A stretch of DNA of 64,000 bases from positions 8,636 through 72,635 of the forward strand of contig CAYTSO010000002.1 in assembly GCA_964440545.1 (NCBI GenBank), read 5' to 3'. Numbering within the stretch: the stretch's first letter is position 1; each line of letters opens with the position of its first letter. This DNA comes from an uncultured Candidatus Saccharibacteria bacterium (lineage in GTDB: Bacteria > Patescibacteriota > Minisyncoccia > Phycocordibacterales > UBA9973). A program made the translations under genes and the position numbers. The notes under the pieces are model-generated. The model did no database searches. It was not told the origin of the DNA and saw only the letters and a program-made list of their open reading frames with translations. Shown here piece after piece: positions 24,094 through 35,506 of the stretch.

Positions 24094-24402
24094 ATGTTAA
24101 AAATAAGATTACAAAGAATAGGTAGAAAGAATGATCCATCCTTTCGGGCTGTTTTAACTGACTCTAAAAACAGTACTAAGAGCGGGAAGTTTTTAGAAAT
24201 AGTAGGAATCTATAATCCCAAAACAAAGGAAAAAAGTTTTAAAATTGAGCGTATAAAATACTGGATGGGCAAAGGGGCAAAGTGCTCAGATACAATACAC
24301 AATTTTTTGGTGCACGATAATGCAATTATCGGGAAGAAGAAAAATGTTTTACCAAAGAGAAAACCAACAGTAAAAAGAAAAGAGTTGAAGGCCAAAAAAT
24401 AA
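24094..24402 (+). CDS. rpsP: 30S ribosomal protein S16 with a Lys-rich C-terminal extension
   Basis: MLKIRLQRIGRKNDPSFRAVLTDS matches the S16 N-terminus. Confidence 0.9.
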   Translation: MLKIRLQRIGRKNDPSFRAVLTDSKNSTKSGKFLEIVGIYNPKTKEKSFKIERIKYWMGKGAKCSDTIHNFLVHDNAIIGKKKNVLPKRKPTVKRKELKAKK

Positions 24403-24476
24403 TTTTGTATAATGTAGAAAAGCAGTACCGGTCGTAGACTGCAAAATTAAATTAAAAATATAAATTCAGAAAAACC

Positions 24477-24818
24477 ATGAACGAAGAACATGACAAGGTG
24501 TTTCTAGAGTATGTAGTAAAGGCACTAGTGGACAATCCGAACGATGTAAAGATTGACCGCACGGTAGATGAAATGGGGGTACTAATTTCTCTAACGGTAA
24601 ATCCTGCTGATATGGGTAAGATTATCGGACGCATGGGAAATACCGCAAAGGCAATTCGCACTTTACTACGAATCATTGGGATGAAGAACAACGCTCGCGT
24701 TAATCTGAAGATCAATGAACCAGCCGGAAGCACGAGGCCAGAAAGGCCTGCAGAATCCGCAAATGCCCCAACCATGAAAACGGTTGACCAGGCGATGGAA
24801 GATCTAAAGGGAATATAG
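24477..24818 (+). CDS. KH-domain RNA-binding protein (UPF0109/YlqC-like)
   Basis: GKIIGRMGNTAKAIRTLLRIIG is a KH GxxG-type motif. Its position between rpsP and trmD is conserved in many bacteria. Confidence 0.7.
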   Translation: MNEEHDKVFLEYVVKALVDNPNDVKIDRTVDEMGVLISLTVNPADMGKIIGRMGNTAKAIRTLLRIIGMKNNARVNLKINEPAGSTRPERPAESANAPTMKTVDQAMEDLKGI

Positions 24819-24830
24819 TTTTTAAAAAAC

Positions 24831-24856
24831 AAAACCCCGCCCAAAGCGGGGTTTTG
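24831..24856 (+). terminator. rho-independent terminator
   Basis: Hairpin AACCCCGC-CCAAA-GCGGGGTT followed by TTGT. Confidence 0.65.
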
Positions 24857-24865
24857 TAATATAAT

Positions 24866-25591
24866 ATGATTATGCGTTTCCATATCATCACAATTTTCCC
24901 GGAGATTTTTGATTCATATTTAAATGAATCTATTGTCGGGCGGGCAATTAAGAATAAAAAAATTTCAATAAAATTTTATAATCCACGAGATTTTATAAAG
25001 GGGGATAAGAGCAATTATAAGCCCGTGGATTACAAACCCTATGGTGGAGGCCCAGGAATGGTAATGCGAGCGGAGCCAATGATTAAAGCGATAGAGAAAG
25101 CAGTTCTCGCTGCTCAGAAATTTTCTTCAGGTCCTCGGTTCTCCTCGCGATTACGCTCGGCCAGACCATTCAGAAAAATTCCGAGCAACTCGATTAAAGT
25201 AATTCTCTTTTCTCCTTCCGGTAAAAAATTTGAGACAGCCTACGCCAAAAAATCGGTAAAAAAATACACAGACATTATTTTAATTTCCGGCAGATATGAA
25301 GGAATAGATGCTAGGGTGCAGAAAATATTTAAAGCAGAAGAGATCTCAGTAGGGGATTATGTGCTGACCGGAGGCGAACTCCCGGCGATGGTTCTAATAG
25401 ATTCTATCTCTCGACAAATTCCCGGAGTTTTGGGTAATTACGAATCTCTAGAAGAAGAACGAATTTCTTCAAGTGAGGTTTATACCCGCCCAGAAGTCTT
25501 GGAATATAAGAATAAAAAATACAAAGTTCCGAAAGTTCTCCTTTCCGGTAATCACAAAAAAATAGAGGAGTGGAGAAAAAATAAAAAATAG
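24866..25591 (+). CDS. trmD: tRNA (guanine37-N1)-methyltransferase. It contains a ~44-nt GC-rich in-frame insert at 25128-25171.
   Basis: Motifs MRFHIITIFPE, YGGGPGMVM and SGRYEGIDARV. Confidence 0.9.
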   Translation: MIMRFHIITIFPEIFDSYLNESIVGRAIKNKKISIKFYNPRDFIKGDKSNYKPVDYKPYGGGPGMVMRAEPMIKAIEKAVLAAQKFSSGPRFSSRLRSARPFRKIPSNSIKVILFSPSGKKFETAYAKKSVKKYTDIILISGRYEGIDARVQKIFKAEEISVGDYVLTGGELPAMVLIDSISRQIPGVLGNYESLEEERISSSEVYTRPEVLEYKNKKYKVPKVLLSGNHKKIEEWRKNKK

Positions 25592-25597
25592 AAATAT

Positions 25598-27289
25598 TTA
25601 TTTGATAAATTCTTCCTCGTAATCAATAGGCAAATTAAAATAAGCCCGCACGTCGAAATATTTTTCTAATATTTGATTGTCTAAAGTGTTTATTAAATTA
25701 ATTGGATTGTCCAGCACTTTTTTTACTTCTTGTTTGGCTAAAGAAGTAGTTCTGCCTGCTAGGGCAGGATCTGGCATTCGGGTGGAAGAAGAAGAGGCGT
25801 AAAAAGTATAAAATCCATCTATCATTATTATTTCAACGTTCTCGAAGACCGATCTAAGGGTATTGTAAATTATTTTTTCAAATTCCTCTCCGCCCCTCTG
25901 TGCCCAGAGTGCCAAAATCCCGTCGTCAGACATTTTGTTTTTAGCAATTGTGAAATATTCCTTAGTATACAGAGGAGAAGAATAAATAACGGAAACTTCC
26001 TCTATGTCTATTACTATAGCATTATATTTGTTTTGAGTATTTCTAATAAATTCTGCTCCATCCTCAATAAGGAGGGTGGTTTTTGGTGAATTTAAGACAT
26101 CCCCATTTTCTTTTGTAAAAAATTGGCTAGTTCCTTTTGCCACTACGGCATTGATTTCGGCGACATCTAATTTTGTGACTGTTTTTTGCTGGTTTATAGC
26201 ACCCGCAGTAAAACCACAACCCAATCCAATATTTAAAACACGAGAATTTTCCGGTAAATTTGATGTCGCCAAAACCCCTATCTTTGATTCAGAGCTATGG
26301 CTTTGGCTATGACACATGTCCCGATAATTAACAAATAAGACCTTGTTGCCATCTTGCTCTCTGGCGTTATTGCCAATAGTTATTTTTCCAAAAGGTGAGT
26401 TTTCTTGAAATAAAATATTGCCAAAAATTTTATCAAGCTCGGGGTATTCCGGAATAGCTGCACTCGCCATAAGATTTTTATTAGTCGGCTTGTCTGTTAA
26501 GAAAGAAGAGCTAAGATTTTCTTGGGGTTGCAAAGCATGAACAAGTGGGGTTGAGTCATCAGGTATTATGTTTATTTTATTTTTTTGATAAAAAAAATAC
26601 TCATTGATCAAAATTAATAACCCAAAAAGCAAAATAAAAATATACCATTTCTTTTTTGGTGCAATAGACAAGGCTATTAGTAAATTAATAAAAATAGCCA
26701 CCACACAAGTTAAACGAAAACCCAATTGTGGCAACAACAGAAAGCCAGCCAAAAAGGCTCCCAAAATTGATCCGAAAGTATCCCAAAAATATACTAGGCC
26801 AGTATCCCGGGTGCCTTTTTCCACACTTTCTAAATATAGTCCATTAACCAAAGGAAAGGATCCCCCGATAAAAAAAGCTGGGATGAAGAGATAAATCCAA
26901 ATAATGATTATTTTTAAAAAATTGGCAAAGCCCACACTTTCTACATTGGCTCTCAAAAAGTCGATGACCTGGGGTATCAAATAATATTGTTTGAGGATGA
27001 AGTAACCATAAACAATAACAGCAATCTGCATCCAAAAGATTATCAATAAATTATTTTTTGTTGAATTTCTCGCCAGGGAAGAAAATAATAAACTTGAAAA
27101 AGCCAGACCTGCCAGAAAAGCGGAGATGGCGATAGTAACAGCATGGCTAGTTTCCATAAAAAATAAAAATAACACCTTGGTGCTATAAATCTCATAAACC
27201 AGAGAAGTCAGGCCAATCCAAAATATTAAGTTTAAATAAAATATTTTTTTATGCGTAAAAGAATTGAACACAAACTTAGTATAGTTCAA
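25598..27289 (-). CDS. spermidine-synthase-like aminopropyltransferase fused to an N-terminal polytopic membrane domain
   Basis: N-terminal ~200 aa with multiple TM segments. C-terminal SAM-MTase-like spermine/spermidine synthase motifs (VLNIGLGCGFTAG, DVAEIN, IVIDIEE). Confidence 0.65.
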   Translation of the reverse strand: MNYTKFVFNSFTHKKIFYLNLIFWIGLTSLVYEIYSTKVLFLFFMETSHAVTIAISAFLAGLAFSSLLFSSLARNSTKNNLLIIFWMQIAVIVYGYFILKQYYLIPQVIDFLRANVESVGFANFLKIIIIWIYLFIPAFFIGGSFPLVNGLYLESVEKGTRDTGLVYFWDTFGSILGAFLAGFLLLPQLGFRLTCVVAIFINLLIALSIAPKKKWYIFILLFGLLILINEYFFYQKNKINIIPDDSTPLVHALQPQENLSSSFLTDKPTNKNLMASAAIPEYPELDKIFGNILFQENSPFGKITIGNNAREQDGNKVLFVNYRDMCHSQSHSSESKIGVLATSNLPENSRVLNIGLGCGFTAGAINQQKTVTKLDVAEINAVVAKGTSQFFTKENGDVLNSPKTTLLIEDGAEFIRNTQNKYNAIVIDIEEVSVIYSSPLYTKEYFTIAKNKMSDDGILALWAQRGGEEFEKIIYNTLRSVFENVEIIMIDGFYTFYASSSSTRMPDPALAGRTTSLAKQEVKKVLDNPINLINTLDNQILEKYFDVRAYFNLPIDYEEEFIK

Positions 27290-27543
27290 ATCACCTAGTT
27301 TTGTAAACCCGATTTAGCGAAATAACCGCTAATCCCCAAACAATATTTGACAAAAAAATCAAAAAGGAGTAGGCTACTTGTGATTCATTGATTGAGTTTC
27401 GGATGCAATCTATTTTATTATAAGGCTTATCAAATAAGCGTAATTTTAATGTTATCCGAAGTTAGTAAATAAGAGCCTAGAGAAAAGCACTTTTTCGTCT
27501 GTTTTTCTTTTGTCTTTTGTTGCTGGCCATGGACTTAATCAAT

Positions 27544-30500
27544 ATGTCTAAAGCTATTGTTCGCCCAAAGAAATTTTTTTCTAAATACAAAAAGCCCCTT
27601 GTTCCATTTCCAAATTTAATAGAGGCTCAACTAAAAAGCTATAAATGGCTTATTGAGCAAGGCATCGGAGAAGTTTTCAAGGAATTCTCCCCGATAATAG
27701 ATTACTCTGGGAAAAAGTTTCAACTTGAGTTTACATCTTTTTCTTTAGGTGAGTCAAAAATTGACGAAAATAATACTAAAATAAACAAGCTTTCTTATCA
27801 GGGGCAATTAAAAGCACGGGTAAAATTGACGAATAAAATTTTAGGAACTGTAAAAGAGCAAGAGATTTTTATGTCTGAATTTCCGTTAATGACCGCCCAT
27901 GGAACTTTTATCATTAATGGGGTGGAACGAGTTATTGTGCCACAGCTTGCGCGATCTTTTGGAGTTTTCTTTACGGAGTCCGAAAATAAAGGAACTCGGT
28001 ATTTTGGAGCAAAAATTATTCCAGCTCGCGGGGTTTGGATTGAAATAGAATCAGAGTCGGATGGAGGGATTTACGTAAGAATAGATAAAAAAAGAAAATT
28101 TCCCGCAACTGCCTTGCTTCGAGCAATGGGTTACGAAACAAACGAAATGATTTTAAAGGCATTTGAGGATAATTCTGTTGTGCAAAAAACAATAAAAACA
28201 TCTCTAGAAAAAGACGGGATAAAAACCCTGAATGATGCCTATATCGAAATTTATAAACGTCTTCGAGATGGAGATATGGCAACAGCCGAAAATGCTAAGG
28301 AATTCATTGATTCCCTGTTCACTACCGAACGTTACGATCTCTCTCCTGTTGGAAGGTTCAGGTTTAATCAACGTTTTGGAAAAGGGATGGGAGAAAACGA
28401 AATGGCCCGAAGAACGATCTCCAAAGAGGATTTAGCTTCTGTAATTTCTCATATCATTGTTCTTAACAATACCCCCTTAGCAAAAGCTGATGACATAGAT
28501 CACTTGGGTCAAAGAAGGGTGCGATTTGTCGGGGAGATACTCCAGCAAAAGATTCGTACCGGGATGATGCAAATTAAAAGAAATATTCAAGACCGAATGT
28601 CTATTATTGATGTGGATACAGCAATGCCAATTCATATTATTAATCAACGACCATTACAAGCTCGCATTAAAGAATTTTTTACTACTAACCAGCTTTCACA
28701 GTTTATGGCACAAGAAAACGTGCTTTGTGAAATGGAGCATCTACGAACTCTTTCTGCTCTTGGCCCAGGCGGTCTTACTCGAGAACGTGCCGGTCTTGAA
28801 GTGCGCGACGTCCATCCTTCTCACTATGGAAGGGTTTGCCCAATTCACACCCCAGAGGGTCCAAACATTGGACTTATTTTGCATCTCTCGACCTATGCAA
28901 GAATAAATGATTTTGGAATTATTGAAACTCCCTACGCAAAGGTAAAAAATGGAAAAATTACCGATGAAATAGTTTATTTAAATGCTCTAGAAGAAGAAAA
29001 ATATAACATTGCTCATGCTGGAATTTTGTACGATGAAAACGGAAAAATAATAAAAGAAAAAGTAGAGGCTCGAATCAAGACAGAGCCAGGAATGGTTCCA
29101 AGAGAGCAAATTGACTTTATTGACGTGGCGGCAAATCAAGGTTTTTCAATCGCAACTTCTATGATTCCGTTTTTGGAGCACAATAATGCGAATCGTGCTC
29201 TTATGGGCAGTAACATGCAAAAACAAGCAGTGCCTTGTGTGCTCCCAGAAATGCCACTAGTGGCAACTGGCGTAGAGGAATTGGCCTCCCGAGATTTAGG
29301 CAGGTTGATTCTTGCTGAAGAGGACGGTACAGTTTCCTATTTAGACGCAAAAAAAATTATTGTAAAAGGGAAAAAAGAAATAACCTACAATTTAGTTAAT
29401 TTTTTGAGAAATAATAGTTTTTCTGTTTTCCACCAACGTCCCTTGGTGAACATTGGCGACAAAATTAAAAAAGGGGACGTGTTGGCAGACACTTCCAGCA
29501 CTGTGGGAGGACAAATAGCAATCGGGCAAAATGTTTTTGTGGCTTTCTTGTCATGGTCTGGCTCGACTTACGAGGATGCTATTATTATTTCTGAACGGCT
29601 GGTAAAAAATAGTAAATTTACCAGCATCTATCTTGAAGAATTTATTTGCATAGTTCGCGATACAAAACTTGGACCTGAAATTACCACTCGAGACATACCA
29701 AACGTTGGTGAGCTCAAACTAAAAGATCTAGATGAAGATGGAATCGTACGCATTGGGGCAGAAGTGAGAGAGAATGATATTTTAGTTGGAAAGATAACTC
29801 CAAAAGGGGAGACAGAACTTACTCCGGAGGAGAGACTCCTTCGCTCAATTTTTGCCGAAAAAGCACGGGATGTTAAAGACACGTCTCTTCGCATGGAGCA
29901 CGGTAAGCGCGGGCGAGTAATTAATGTAAAAATATTTTCTCGTGATCTAGGGCATACGCTTGAAGCAGGAATTATTAAAAAAATTGTGATTGAAGTTGCT
30001 CAGATTAGAAATATTTCGGTGGGAGACAAGCTTTCCGGAAGACATGGAAACAAGGGGGTTATCTCCACTGTTTTGCCTGAAGAGGACATGCCTTATACCG
30101 CCGACGGTACTCCGGTTGACATTATTCTTTCTCCACTTGGAGTTCCTTCTCGTATGAACTTAGGTCAAATTTTTGAACTGCACATGGGTATGGCAGCGAA
30201 TAGTCTTGGTTATCAAGCCATTGTCCCTCCGTTCTTGGGAGCAACGAGCGAGGAAATAAAAGAAGAACTAATCAAGGCCGGACTTCCAGAAAACGGAAGG
30301 TTAAAACTCTTTGATGGACGAACAGGTGATCCATTTAACCAAGATGTAGCTGTTGGTTATAAATACATGCTGAAACTTCACCATATGGTTGAAGACAAAA
30401 TTCATATGCGTTCTATTGGACCTTACTCTCTTATCACCCAGCAACCTCTTGGCGGAAAGGCCCAGGGAGGAGGGCAAAGATTCGGAGAAATGGAAGTTTG

Positions 30501-30717
30501 GGCTCTTGAAGGCTACGGTGCCGCTTATACTCTTCGTGAAATGCTTACTATTAAATCTGACGATATTCTTGGTCGATCTCAGACTTTTGATTCCATTATT
30601 AAGAATGAAACAATCAGGCCACCAAATTCGCCAGCCTCTTTTAATGTTTTGCTCAATTATTTGAGAGGCCTTGCTCTTGATGTCGAATTAAAAAGATCTG
30701 GAGATATAGAAGAATAA
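27544..30717 (+). CDS. rpoB: DNA-directed RNA polymerase beta subunit. The start was chosen at the ATG giving MSKAIVRPKKFF; the longer ORF from 27517 is also possible.
   Basis: Rifampicin-cluster and catalytic regions (FFGSSQLSQFMDQ-like segment TNQLSQFMAQEN; GRHGNKGV; PFNADFDGD partner motifs). Confidence 0.97.
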   Translation: MSKAIVRPKKFFSKYKKPLVPFPNLIEAQLKSYKWLIEQGIGEVFKEFSPIIDYSGKKFQLEFTSFSLGESKIDENNTKINKLSYQGQLKARVKLTNKILGTVKEQEIFMSEFPLMTAHGTFIINGVERVIVPQLARSFGVFFTESENKGTRYFGAKIIPARGVWIEIESESDGGIYVRIDKKRKFPATALLRAMGYETNEMILKAFEDNSVVQKTIKTSLEKDGIKTLNDAYIEIYKRLRDGDMATAENAKEFIDSLFTTERYDLSPVGRFRFNQRFGKGMGENEMARRTISKEDLASVISHIIVLNNTPLAKADDIDHLGQRRVRFVGEILQQKIRTGMMQIKRNIQDRMSIIDVDTAMPIHIINQRPLQARIKEFFTTNQLSQFMAQENVLCEMEHLRTLSALGPGGLTRERAGLEVRDVHPSHYGRVCPIHTPEGPNIGLILHLSTYARINDFGIIETPYAKVKNGKITDEIVYLNALEEEKYNIAHAGILYDENGKIIKEKVEARIKTEPGMVPREQIDFIDVAANQGFSIATSMIPFLEHNNANRALMGSNMQKQAVPCVLPEMPLVATGVEELASRDLGRLILAEEDGTVSYLDAKKIIVKGKKEITYNLVNFLRNNSFSVFHQRPLVNIGDKIKKGDVLADTSSTVGGQIAIGQNVFVAFLSWSGSTYEDAIIISERLVKNSKFTSIYLEEFICIVRDTKLGPEITTRDIPNVGELKLKDLDEDGIVRIGAEVRENDILVGKITPKGETELTPEERLLRSIFAEKARDVKDTSLRMEHGKRGRVINVKIFSRDLGHTLEAGIIKKIVIEVAQIRNISVGDKLSGRHGNKGVISTVLPEEDMPYTADGTPVDIILSPLGVPSRMNLGQIFELHMGMAANSLGYQAIVPPFLGATSEEIKEELIKAGLPENGRLKLFDGRTGDPFNQDVAVGYKYMLKLHHMVEDKIHMRSIGPYSLITQQPLGGKAQGGGQRFGEMEVWALEGYGAAYTLREMLTIKSDDILGRSQTFDSIIKNETIRPPNSPASFNVLLNYLRGLALDVELKRSGDIEE

Positions 30718-30735
30718 ACAATAAATCAAAAACAT

Positions 30736-33700
30736 ATGAAAACATTAAACACAACAGAATTTGATCAAATTGGAATTAGTCTCGCGTCTCCAGAACAGAT
30801 AAAAGAATGGTCTTTTGGAGAAGTAACCAAACCGGAGACGATTAATTATCGCACAGGAAGATCTGAAAGAGGGGGACTTTTTGACGAGAAAATTTTTGGT
30901 CCGGAAAAGGACTATGAATGTTATTGCGGAAAATATCGCCGTATTCGCTACAAAGATATCATTTGTGAAAAATGCGGAGTGGAAGTGACCCGCTCTATTG
31001 TACGTCGAGAGCGCATGGGACACATCGAGCTTTCAACCCCAGTTTCCCATATTTGGTTTTTAAGAGGGGTTCCTTCTCGTATGAGCATTCTTCTAAATAT
31101 TTCTGTGACAGACCTTGAAAAAGTTATTTATTTTGCTGGTTATATCATTACCAAGGTTTATGAGGAAGAAAAAGAAATAATTTTATCAAACCTAGATAAA
31201 GAATATAAGAGCAAATTAAAAAATTCCGCCGATGAAGAAACTCGTGAAAAATTAAAAAACCTGCTTTCCGTTACAAAAAAAGAAATTGGAGAGATTTACG
31301 AAGGAAAGGTTTTGAATGAGATTTCTTTTCATCATTATTCTTTAAAATACGGTACCTGCTTTGAGGCAAGTATTGGGGCAGAAGCCATTTACTCCATCTT
31401 CAAAAACTTAGATTTAAACAAACTTAAAAATCTTACCGAAAAAATGCTGGAAAAAGCCAGCACTGCGGATAAAGAAAAATTACAAAAAAGACTTTCTTTG
31501 ATTCGTGCCATGACCTATGCGGGGATTCGGCCAGAATGGATGTTCTTAACAGTTATTCCAGTTATTCCACCGGTACTTCGCCCAATGGTTGCTTTGGATG
31601 GAGGAAGGCACGCGACTTCCGATTTGAACGATCTCTATCGTCGGGTAATAAACAGGAACAATCGTTTAAAGAAATTAAAAGAAATTAACGCTCCAGACGT
31701 CATATTAAGAAATGAAAAAAGAATTATTCAAGAAGCAGTGGATGCTCTAATTGATAATTCTATTGCTAAGCAAAATGATTCTGCGGCCATGAGTCAGTCT
31801 CAAAAACGTCCGCTTAAATCACTTTCTGACAATCTAAAGTCCAAACAAGGTCTTTTTCGCCAGAATTTGCTAGGAAAACGAGTAGATTATTCGGCTCGTA
31901 GCGTTATTGTGGTTGGTCCCAATCTTAAATTAAATCAATGTGGTTTACCAAAGCACATGGCCCTTGAGCTTTTCCGGCCATTTGTGATTTCAAAAATTTT
32001 GCAAGCAGAACTAGCCTTTAATATTCGCGGAGCCAATAAGCTCATCGAGGAAAGATCTCCCGATGTCTGGGCTATCTTAGAAGAAGTAATTAAGGGTAAA
32101 TATGTTCTTTTGAATCGCGCGCCAACTTTGCACCGACTAGGTATTCAGGCTTTTAATCCGATTCTAGTTGAGGGAAATGCCATTCAAATTCATCCATTAG
32201 TGTGTCAGGCCTTTAATGCTGATTTCGATGGAGATCAGATGGCTGTGTATGTTCCATTGCTCGAAGAGGCTCAATTTGAAGCGAGAGAATTAATGGCAGC
32301 GAATAAAAACCTACTTAAACCACAAAATGGAGAACCAATTGTAAACCCCAGGATGGATATGGTGCTCGGGGCTTACTGGATGACCAAATCAGTTGATGGA
32401 GAAAAAGGAGAAGGAAAATATTTTTCAAACCCAAATACTGCTATCGCCGCGTATCATTATAAGGTTATTTCTTTTCGTGCGAAGATAAAAGTTCTTGCTA
32501 CAGATACCCCAAAATATAGAAAATTTGGAGGAGGCATCTTTGAGACTTCCGTTGGCAAGCTTCTTTTTAATAGCATTTTGCCAGACGACCTTGCTTATAT
32601 TAATGATGAAATGACTCACGACAGACTCTCCTCTCTTTTAGATGAACTTATTGTTCATTGTGGCGTGGATGGTACCCCTGTTATTCTGGATAAGATTAAA
32701 AAATTCGGATTTAAGTACGCTACGGTTTCAGGTACTACTTGGGGCTTAGACAATGTTTCTCTTTCTGGGAAAAAACCGGAAATTGTAGCTCAAGGTAAAA
32801 AGCTCGAGGAGGAAATAATTACTCAATGGAGCGAAGGCCTTCTCTCCGAGGAGGAAAAATATCAAAAGATTGTTGAAGTTTGGATGCATACTAAAAAAGC
32901 GCTAGAAAAGGTTTTGCCAGACACTCTCGACAAAAATGGTTCAGCCTATGATTTGTTCACTTCAAAAGCCAGGGGCAACATGAGTACCCTTTCTCAGATG
33001 GTGGGAATGATTGGCCTTATCCAGAACAACCAAGGTAAAATTTTAGAATTTCCAATTATTCCCTCCTATTATGAAGGCCTTTCTCCTATAGAATATTTCG
33101 TTATTACTCACGGTGCTCGCAAAGGAGCATCAGACACTGCCTTAAACACGGCAAAGGCCGGTTACTTGACGCGAAGATTGGTAGACGTAGCGCAGGATGT
33201 GGTTATTACAGAAGATGACTGTGGAACAAAAGAAGGAAAAAAGGTTACTAGAGAAAATGTTTCTGGAATCGAAATACCACTTTCAAAAAATATTCGCGGA
33301 AGAGTTCTGGCCACCGATCTAAAAGATAAAGATGGAAAAGTCGTTTACAAAAAAGGGTTATTAATTACCAAAGAGGAGGCTCGGAACATAGAAGGAGCGG
33401 GATTTACGGAAGTTTTTGTTCGCTCTCCTTTAACTTGCAAAACTGTTCATGGTCTTTGTGTGCAGTGCTATGGTCTTGATCTTGGAAGAAACAGCTTAGT
33501 GAAAAAAGGAGAAGCTGTCGGAATTATTGCTGCTCAAGCAATTGGGGAGCCGGGGACTCAGCTTACTCTTCGAACTTTCCATGCTGGAGGTGTGGCCGGA
33601 ACAGATATCACCACTGGTCTTCCACGTGTTGAAGAAATATTTGAGAGAAGAATTCCAAAGAACCCAGCGATTATTTCTGAAACCAATGGAGAAGTAATTG

Positions 33701-34326
33701 AAATTAAAGACAAAGAAAAAGGTAGTAAAGAAAAAATAATAAAAGTACTGTCTGACTCAAAAGAGGACGGAAAGAAAAACGAAATGGAATATCAGGTCGC
33801 TTTTCGCAGAATGCCTATTGTAAAGGTGGGGGATTCTGTAAAAAAGGGACAGCTTTTGACCGACGGTTCAGCTGATATTTCCGAAATGTTTAGATTGGGC
33901 GGAATAGAATTAGTTGAAGAATATATTATTTCTGAAATAAATAAAGTTTATGAGCTCCAGAGTGCTTCTATCGCCAGAAAACACACAGAAATTATTGTTC
34001 GTCAAATGTTTTCCCGAAGAAAGATAAAAGATGCCGGTGAAACAAATTTCTCTATCGGTGACATTGTTGAAAGCACCGCTTTGATAGAAGAAAATGCTAG
34101 AGTGGCAGAACTGGGGGGAAAAGAAGCAAAGGCAGAAGTAGTAGCTCTTGGTATTACCGAAGTATCCCTAAGAACAAAAAGTTGGCTTTCTGCTGCTTCC
34201 TTCCAAAATACTAATCGTGTTCTTATTGAAAACGCCATCAAGGGTGGGGTAGATAATCTACGAGGATTGAAAGAAAACGTTATTATCGGACGATTAATTC
34301 CTGCTGGGACCGGATTTCGAGAATAA
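30736..34326 (+). CDS. rpoC: DNA-directed RNA polymerase beta' subunit
   Basis: Zn-binding [19 protein letters not shown] and the catalytic [11 protein letters not shown]. Confidence 0.97.
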   Translation: MKTLNTTEFDQIGISLASPEQIKEWSFGEVTKPETINYRTGRSERGGLFDEKIFGPEKDYECYCGKYRRIRYKDIICEKCGVEVTRSIVRRERMGHIELSTPVSHIWFLRGVPSRMSILLNISVTDLEKVIYFAGYIITKVYEEEKEIILSNLDKEYKSKLKNSADEETREKLKNLLSVTKKEIGEIYEGKVLNEISFHHYSLKYGTCFEASIGAEAIYSIFKNLDLNKLKNLTEKMLEKASTADKEKLQKRLSLIRAMTYAGIRPEWMFLTVIPVIPPVLRPMVALDGGRHATSDLNDLYRRVINRNNRLKKLKEINAPDVILRNEKRIIQEAVDALIDNSIAKQNDSAAMSQSQKRPLKSLSDNLKSKQGLFRQNLLGKRVDYSARSVIVVGPNLKLNQCGLPKHMALELFRPFVISKILQAELAFNIRGANKLIEERSPDVWAILEEVIKGKYVLLNRAPTLHRLGIQAFNPILVEGNAIQIHPLVCQAFNADFDGDQMAVYVPLLEEAQFEARELMAANKNLLKPQNGEPIVNPRMDMVLGAYWMTKSVDGEKGEGKYFSNPNTAIAAYHYKVISFRAKIKVLATDTPKYRKFGGGIFETSVGKLLFNSILPDDLAYINDEMTHDRLSSLLDELIVHCGVDGTPVILDKIKKFGFKYATVSGTTWGLDNVSLSGKKPEIVAQGKKLEEEIITQWSEGLLSEEEKYQKIVEVWMHTKKALEKVLPDTLDKNGSAYDLFTSKARGNMSTLSQMVGMIGLIQNNQGKILEFPIIPSYYEGLSPIEYFVITHGARKGASDTALNTAKAGYLTRRLVDVAQDVVITEDDCGTKEGKKVTRENVSGIEIPLSKNIRGRVLATDLKDKDGKVVYKKGLLITKEEARNIEGAGFTEVFVRSPLTCKTVHGLCVQCYGLDLGRNSLVKKGEAVGIIAAQAIGEPGTQLTLRTFHAGGVAGTDITTGLPRVEEIFERRIPKNPAIISETNGEVIEIKDKEKGSKEKIIKVLSDSKEDGKKNEMEYQVAFRRMPIVKVGDSVKKGQLLTDGSADISEMFRLGGIELVEEYIISEINKVYELQSASIARKHTEIIVRQMFSRRKIKDAGETNFSIGDIVESTALIEENARVAELGGKEAKAEVVALGITEVSLRTKSWLSAASFQNTNRVLIENAIKGGVDNLRGLKENVIIGRLIPAGTGFRE

Positions 34327-34384
34327 ATTTGCTTTAATTGCTGAGTGAAAGTTTTTAGCTTATTATCAATTAACTAAAAACAAC

Positions 34385-35506
34385 ATGAATCAAAAAGGTC
34401 TTACGAGTTTAGTCCTGGTTGGAATTATTGTTGTGTTTTTAGGCACCTTAGGTTATTTTGTTTGGCCAAAAAAATCTATTTCTCCAGTAGTAGAATCTGT
34501 TCAGGTTGAAACAAATGAAGCAGCAGATTGGAAGACGTATGCCGACACGCAAAATGGATTTGAGTTTCAGTATCCAGAAAAGTTATCTCTGTCTGTTTCT
34601 GGTGGAGCAATAAATCTTTCTCACAGTATTCCTTTTAAAAATTATGACGGGGGCTGTGATATGAAGGGCGAAGCAGAATTATCGGAAACCTTGAATGATT
34701 TTGATTTGTCCATTAAAATAATTTCGAATCAACCCATTCCAGCCTATTTTGACGGTGCTTATTCCATGGGTGTTTTAAGTGGAAATTGGGTTTATATGGG
34801 TGTCGAAGGCTGCGGCAAGGTAAGTTATTATTTTCCGATTAGTGAAAACAGGACTCTTGTGGTTGAACAGGCCCAAATCCAAATGTTGTCCGATGTTGTT
34901 GTCCCGGAAAGAAGGGCGCAAATTCTTGCTGTTCCCGGAGTTATTTCGCCGGAGGAATCGAAGTTAATTTTTGATCAAGTCCTTTCCACTTTTAAATTTA
35001 TTGAGCCGGTAACAAAAATTGATACTTCTAATTGGAAAACATACACAAGTTCACAATATGGGTTTGAGTTGAAATATCCAATAAATTGGTATCCTTATCT
35101 AGAAGGAGGCAACGTTCTGTTTCTCAAAACAAAAGAAATGCCAAAACTAGAAGGGACTGAAGGTTATGCTCTGGGCGAGCAAATAATAGTAGGCACCTCA
35201 GATTTGATAGGCCGTTGGAATAAACAACTTTCGGTAGATGAATATATTAAAGAATATTATCCCGATGATGGTTGGGGTGACGGTCCTATCGTTAAAAAAA
35301 CTATAAATATTAATGGGATGGAGATGCTTCGAATAGAAAGCCCCACGTGCTGTACTTCAAGTCGCGAGCTTAAATATCTATATTTCAATAACGACAAGGC
35401 GTATTTCTTTTATTTGTATCCATATGAGCCAGAGAAAGATTTATTATATGAACAAAACTATAAAGATTTTCAAAATTTAATAAATACTTTTAAATTTACG
35501 AAATAA
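34385..35506 (+). CDS. membrane-anchored hypothetical protein with an internally duplicated domain
   Basis: N-terminal TM segment. Two repeats beginning DWKTYADTQNGFEFQYPEKL and NWKTYTSSQYGFELKYPINW. Confidence 0.5.
   Translation: MNQKGLTSLVLVGIIVVFLGTLGYFVWPKKSISPVVESVQVETNEAADWKTYADTQNGFEFQYPEKLSLSVSGGAINLSHSIPFKNYDGGCDMKGEAELSETLNDFDLSIKIISNQPIPAYFDGAYSMGVLSGNWVYMGVEGCGKVSYYFPISENRTLVVEQAQIQMLSDVVVPERRAQILAVPGVISPEESKLIFDQVLSTFKFIEPVTKIDTSNWKTYTSSQYGFELKYPINWYPYLEGGNVLFLKTKEMPKLEGTEGYALGEQIIVGTSDLIGRWNKQLSVDEYIKEYYPDDGWGDGPIVKKTININGMEMLRIESPTCCTSSRELKYLYFNNDKAYFFYLYPYEPEKDLLYEQNYKDFQNLINTFKFTK

Noticed and set aside
27517-34326. Numerous short antisense or alternative-frame ORFs inside rpoB, rpoC, gyrB, smc and dnaG (for example 28016-28282, 29628-29894, 30745-31023, 34002-34241, 36395-36937, 37020-37475)
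   Set aside because: They are embedded in long, highly conserved genes on the opposite strand or in other frames. The Lys/Phe-rich translations are typical of AT-rich antisense.
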